DNA of 64,000 nucleotides. Origin: an uncultured Clostridia bacterium. Its GTDB lineage: Bacteria; Bacillota; Clostridia; TANB77; CAG-508. The notes under the pieces are model-generated. The model did no database searches. It was given only the letters and a program-made list of their open reading frames with translations, and was not told where the DNA came from. How positions within the stretch are numbered: the stretch's first letter is position 1; each line of letters begins with the position of its first letter. The position numbers and the translations under genes were made by a program. Of the stretch, positions 61,546 to 64,000 are shown piece after piece. Location of the stretch: positions 15,163 through 79,162 of the forward strand of contig CAKPKU010000001.1 of NCBI GenBank assembly GCA_934167365.1. Direction: 5' to 3'.

Positions 61546-62205
61546 CTATAATAATTTTGTATCATTAATTATTAACTCAAACCACATATTAAGAAATTTT
61601 GCTGCATATTTACTCATCATAGTTCTATCCATAAAAATTTCAAAATAATCTAACACGGGAGATATTTTTGTATCTATTTCAAATTTCAATACTATTTTTC
61701 TCTCATCTTTATTTATTATAAAACTAGAATCAGTTACCGCATAATTTACTTTATCATGCTTATCAAAAGTAGATAAATTCCTATTTGTTACTCTGTCCCT
61801 ATGTGCATCAGATTTATCAGCTAATATTAAGGCCGCAGATATATCGCTAACTGCTGTTCCTGTTTTTTCATCATGATTTCCTATTGCCATCATTATATCG
61901 ACTCTATCTTTGTCATCCATTCCCATATCTTTTAAAATGTTATATGCTAATATTGCTCCTGAATGAGCATGGTCATTTCTATTTACACAATTTCCTATAT
62001 CATGTAAATATCCTGCAATTCTTGCCAGCTCAACTCTTTTTTTATCATATCCAAGCGTTTCTAATATATCTCCTGCTCTTTTTGATACTATTCCTATATG
62101 TCTATAAGAATGTTCTGTATAGCCAAGAGCATCTAATTGTTCTTGAGCTCCTAATATCAATTGATTTACTTCTTTATTGTTTTTAATATCTTCTAATGTT
62201 ATCAT
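61546..62205 (-). CDS. HD-domain phosphohydrolase
   Basis: 219 aa with HSYRH...LHDIG...H...D, the HD-superfamily metal-binding constellation. Confidence 0.8.
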   Translation of the reverse strand: MITLEDIKNNKEVNQLILGAQEQLDALGYTEHSYRHIGIVSKRAGDILETLGYDKKRVELARIAGYLHDIGNCVNRNDHAHSGAILAYNILKDMGMDDKDRVDIMMAIGNHDEKTGTAVSDISAALILADKSDAHRDRVTNRNLSTFDKHDKVNYAVTDSSFIINKDERKIVLKFEIDTKISPVLDYFEIFMDRTMMSKYAAKFLNMWFELIINDTKLL

Positions 62206-62316
62206 TAATTGCCCTCCACAGTTCTAAATTTTATATTAAATTATTAAAAATATCAACTATATTTTATAAAAACTTTTATTAATTTTTTGACTTTTTTTGT
62301 TTTTGTTTTATGTACA

Positions 62317-62700
62317 TTATTTTTTTATGTTTACACCTACTATTCCACCGATTACACCTAATACAATTCCTGTTATAATCATATATATTGAATTTTGTGT
62401 TATAGTATAGTCATTATTTATAGCACTTGACAAAATATATAATATTCCTATATATATTGCTGATGCTAATAATCCATTTAAAATTCCGCTTTTCTTTAAT
62501 TTCATATTTGAAAAAAATGTTCCAATAAATATACTAACTCCTGTTATTATAATTATTGCAGAATCAATACAATTTTCACTTATATCACTTTTTACTAATA
62601 TTAAAGAAAAGACTATTAATAAAATTATAGAAATAACTGTTGATATTGCCACTCCTAATAAAATTCTCTTTAACTTATCCATAGATACCTCCATAAACAA
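62317..62700 (-). CDS. Small 4-TM membrane protein (TIGR04086/YrzE-like)
   Basis: 127 aa that is almost entirely hydrophobic helices. Confidence 0.5.
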   Translation of the reverse strand: MFMEVSMDKLKRILLGVAISTVISIILLIVFSLILVKSDISENCIDSAIIIITGVSIFIGTFFSNMKLKKSGILNGLLASAIYIGILYILSSAINNDYTITQNSIYMIITGIVLGVIGGIVGVNIKK

Positions 62701-62791
62701 TTATATAAAATACCTATGCATATATTATTTTTTTAGAACCTGTGCACCTATAAAATTATTTATATTCAATGCTTATCTATAAAACAATAAA

Positions 62792-62830
62792 GCACAAAAA
62801 TATTATACAAATTTGTTAATATTTTTGTGC
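62792..62830 (-). terminator. Intrinsic terminator of the ireB-ruvX-DUF1292 operon (14-bp stem GCACAAAAATATTA / TAATATTTTTGTGC, 11-nt loop, followed on the minus strand by UUUAUUGUUUU)
   Basis: I read the hairpin directly from the sequence. Confidence 0.55.
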
Positions 62831-62839
62831 ATCTATTAT

Positions 62840-63139
62840 TTAGTCTTGAAAATCATATACATCTTTAAATTTTTCTTTGAAAATTGCATAAACTGCTTGT
62901 AGTGTTTTTTCATCAACACTTAAATATTCATCTTGATCTCCTTCTGTTTCTTGAACTCTTAATATTACAACCTCTTCATTTTCATTTTCTATTGGATATA
63001 ATACTACATAATTTTCATCTTCAAGCTCTATTAAGTCTAAAAATTCAAATTTAATTTCATTTCCATCTTCATCATTTAATATAAATAATTCATCCTCTTC
63101 ATTTTCTATATTTTCTTCTCCAAAAAAGTCTTTACTCAT
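62840..63139 (-). CDS. DUF1292 / UPF0473 family acidic protein
   Basis: 99 aa. It is highly acidic (EENIENEEDELFILNDEDGNE...YLSVDE) and sits in the conserved position downstream of ruvX. Confidence 0.75.
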   Translation of the reverse strand: MSKDFFGEENIENEEDELFILNDEDGNEIKFEFLDLIELEDENYVVLYPIENENEEVVILRVQETEGDQDEYLSVDEKTLQAVYAIFKEKFKDVYDFQD

Positions 63140-63153
63140 ATTTATAACTCCTT

Positions 63154-63573
63154 TCAGTTATTAATTTTTTTTAAATATGTTTCTAATATATATACAGCAG
63201 AAATTGTATCTACTATATTTCTTTTTTTATGTTTATTAACATTTAAATAATTCATAGTTTTGTGTGCTGCCACAGTTGTTAATCGTTCATCTATTGTTTC
63301 TATATTTATTTTTCCGAATTTACATTTTAATTTATGTATAAATTTTTCAGTTACTTCCGCTCTTTCTGATTTTGTTCCATTCATATTTAGTGGCATTCCA
63401 ATTACAAGTGTAGTCACCATATATTCATTTATTAGCTCTTCTAATCTTTTTAATACAACTTTGTCATTTCCATTATGGTGTATTGTTTCTATGCCTTGAG
63501 CTGTTATACCTAATGGGTCTGTCATTGATATTCCAACTCTAGCATCTCCATAATCAATTCCTAGTATTCTCAT
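63154..63573 (-). CDS. ruvX: Putative pre-16S rRNA nuclease / Holliday junction resolvase-like RuvX (YqgF)
   Basis: 139 aa with MRILGIDYGDARVGIS...VIGMPLNMNGT motifs. Confidence 0.9.
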   Translation of the reverse strand: MRILGIDYGDARVGISMTDPLGITAQGIETIHHNGNDKVVLKRLEELINEYMVTTLVIGMPLNMNGTKSERAEVTEKFIHKLKCKFGKINIETIDERLTTVAAHKTMNYLNVNKHKKRNIVDTISAVYILETYLKKINN

Positions 63574-63828
63574 TTAATCAGTTAGTCCTAAATAATTTTT
63601 TACCATACATTCTAATAGTTCATCTCTTTCAACTTCTCTTATTAGATTTCTAGCATTATTGTAACTTGTAATATAAGTTGGATCTCCAGATAATATATAT
63701 CCTACGATTTGATTAATAGGATTATATCCCTTCTCCAAAAGAGCCTGATATACACTTTTTAAAATTTCCTTTGTTTTTGTATTTTTTTCTTTTTCAACAT
63801 GAAAACTCATAGTTTCTCCTGATACCAT
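63574..63828 (-). CDS. ireB: UPF0297 / IreB family regulatory protein (YrzL)
   Basis: 84 aa with [34 protein letters not shown]. An AGGAGG RBS is present. Confidence 0.8.
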   Translation of the reverse strand: MVSGETMSFHVEKEKNTKTKEILKSVYQALLEKGYNPINQIVGYILSGDPTYITSYNNARNLIREVERDELLECMVKNYLGLTD

Positions 63829-63841
63829 AAAATACCTCCTT

Positions 63842-64000
63842 CTATAAACAACTTATATCGCTTTCATTAAAAGGTGCATCCTCTAGATAGTTATATAGAG
63901 ACTTAAGTGTTTCTTCTAGTGCTGTTTCTTTATAATATGTTGCTAAAGCAATATTCAATTTAGGTGCAACAGCAAGTCCATTCATACTTTCATTTAAACT
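63842..64000 (-). CDS. 3' end of an unidentified minus-strand ORF that runs off the window (at least 53 codons)
   Basis: The frame is open from 64000 down to the stop at 63842-63844, with the C-terminus ...[17 protein letters not shown]. It does not resemble the AlaS C-terminus expected in this neighbourhood. Confidence 0.3.
   Translation of the reverse strand, partial: SLNESMNGLAVAPKLNIALATYYKETALEETLKSLYNYLEDAPFNESDISCL

Noticed and set aside
1-64000. Search for CRISPR arrays, tRNA genes and rRNA genes
   Set aside because: I saw no regularly spaced direct repeats. No GC-rich cloverleaf-like segment of 70-90 nt lies in the intergenic regions. All intergenic DNA is strongly AT-rich.
63842-64000. 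Expected alaS 3' end upstream of ireB
   Set aside because: The translated C-terminus does not resemble AlaS (no GGG...AQAGG-type tail), so I reported it as an unidentified partial ORF.

Overview
Very AT-rich (about 27-28% GC) chromosomal segment of a Firmicutes/Clostridium-like organism. About 50 of 55 genes are on the minus strand, so the window sits on one replichore. The conserved backbone includes the tail of the dnaG-rpoD operon, carD, dut, polA, ruvB, rpiA, rlmB, lepA, ytxC, ruvX, ireB and DUF1292. Interleaved with it is an unusual density of cell-envelope glycopolymer genes:
- a Wzx-like flippase plus a GT2 polyprenol-phosphate glycosyltransferase plus galE;
- an orphan rmlB;
- a secreted GH25 muramidase carrying five ricin-B lectin domains;
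- a GtrA/GtrB/YfhO three-component extracytoplasmic glycosylation operon;
- a 12-kb, 10-gene ABC-transporter-dependent polysaccharide operon (Wzm/Wzt, Glf, bifunctional GT2-GT4, and a duplicated GT4-GT2 module);
- an LtaS-family transferase;
- a WecA/TagO-Alg14-Alg13 priming module;
- several uncharacterised membrane-anchored proteins.
Other notable items are an Rpn-family PD-(D/E)XK nuclease on a GC-richer islet, a Fic-like gene remnant overwritten by a lytic transglycosylase gene, an oleate hydratase with its TetR regulator, a QueH-GNAT fusion, a frameshifted RluA-family pseudouridine synthase, and a 578-aa dual-HTH protein with an unrecognised 400-aa domain. RpoD carries a roughly 185-aa N-terminal extension. 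There is a pair of divergent SecD/SecF-like membrane proteins. I found no tRNA, rRNA or CRISPR. The best candidates for an undescribed system are the galactofuranose-type glycan operon coupled to the lectin-muramidase, and the dual-HTH orphan protein.
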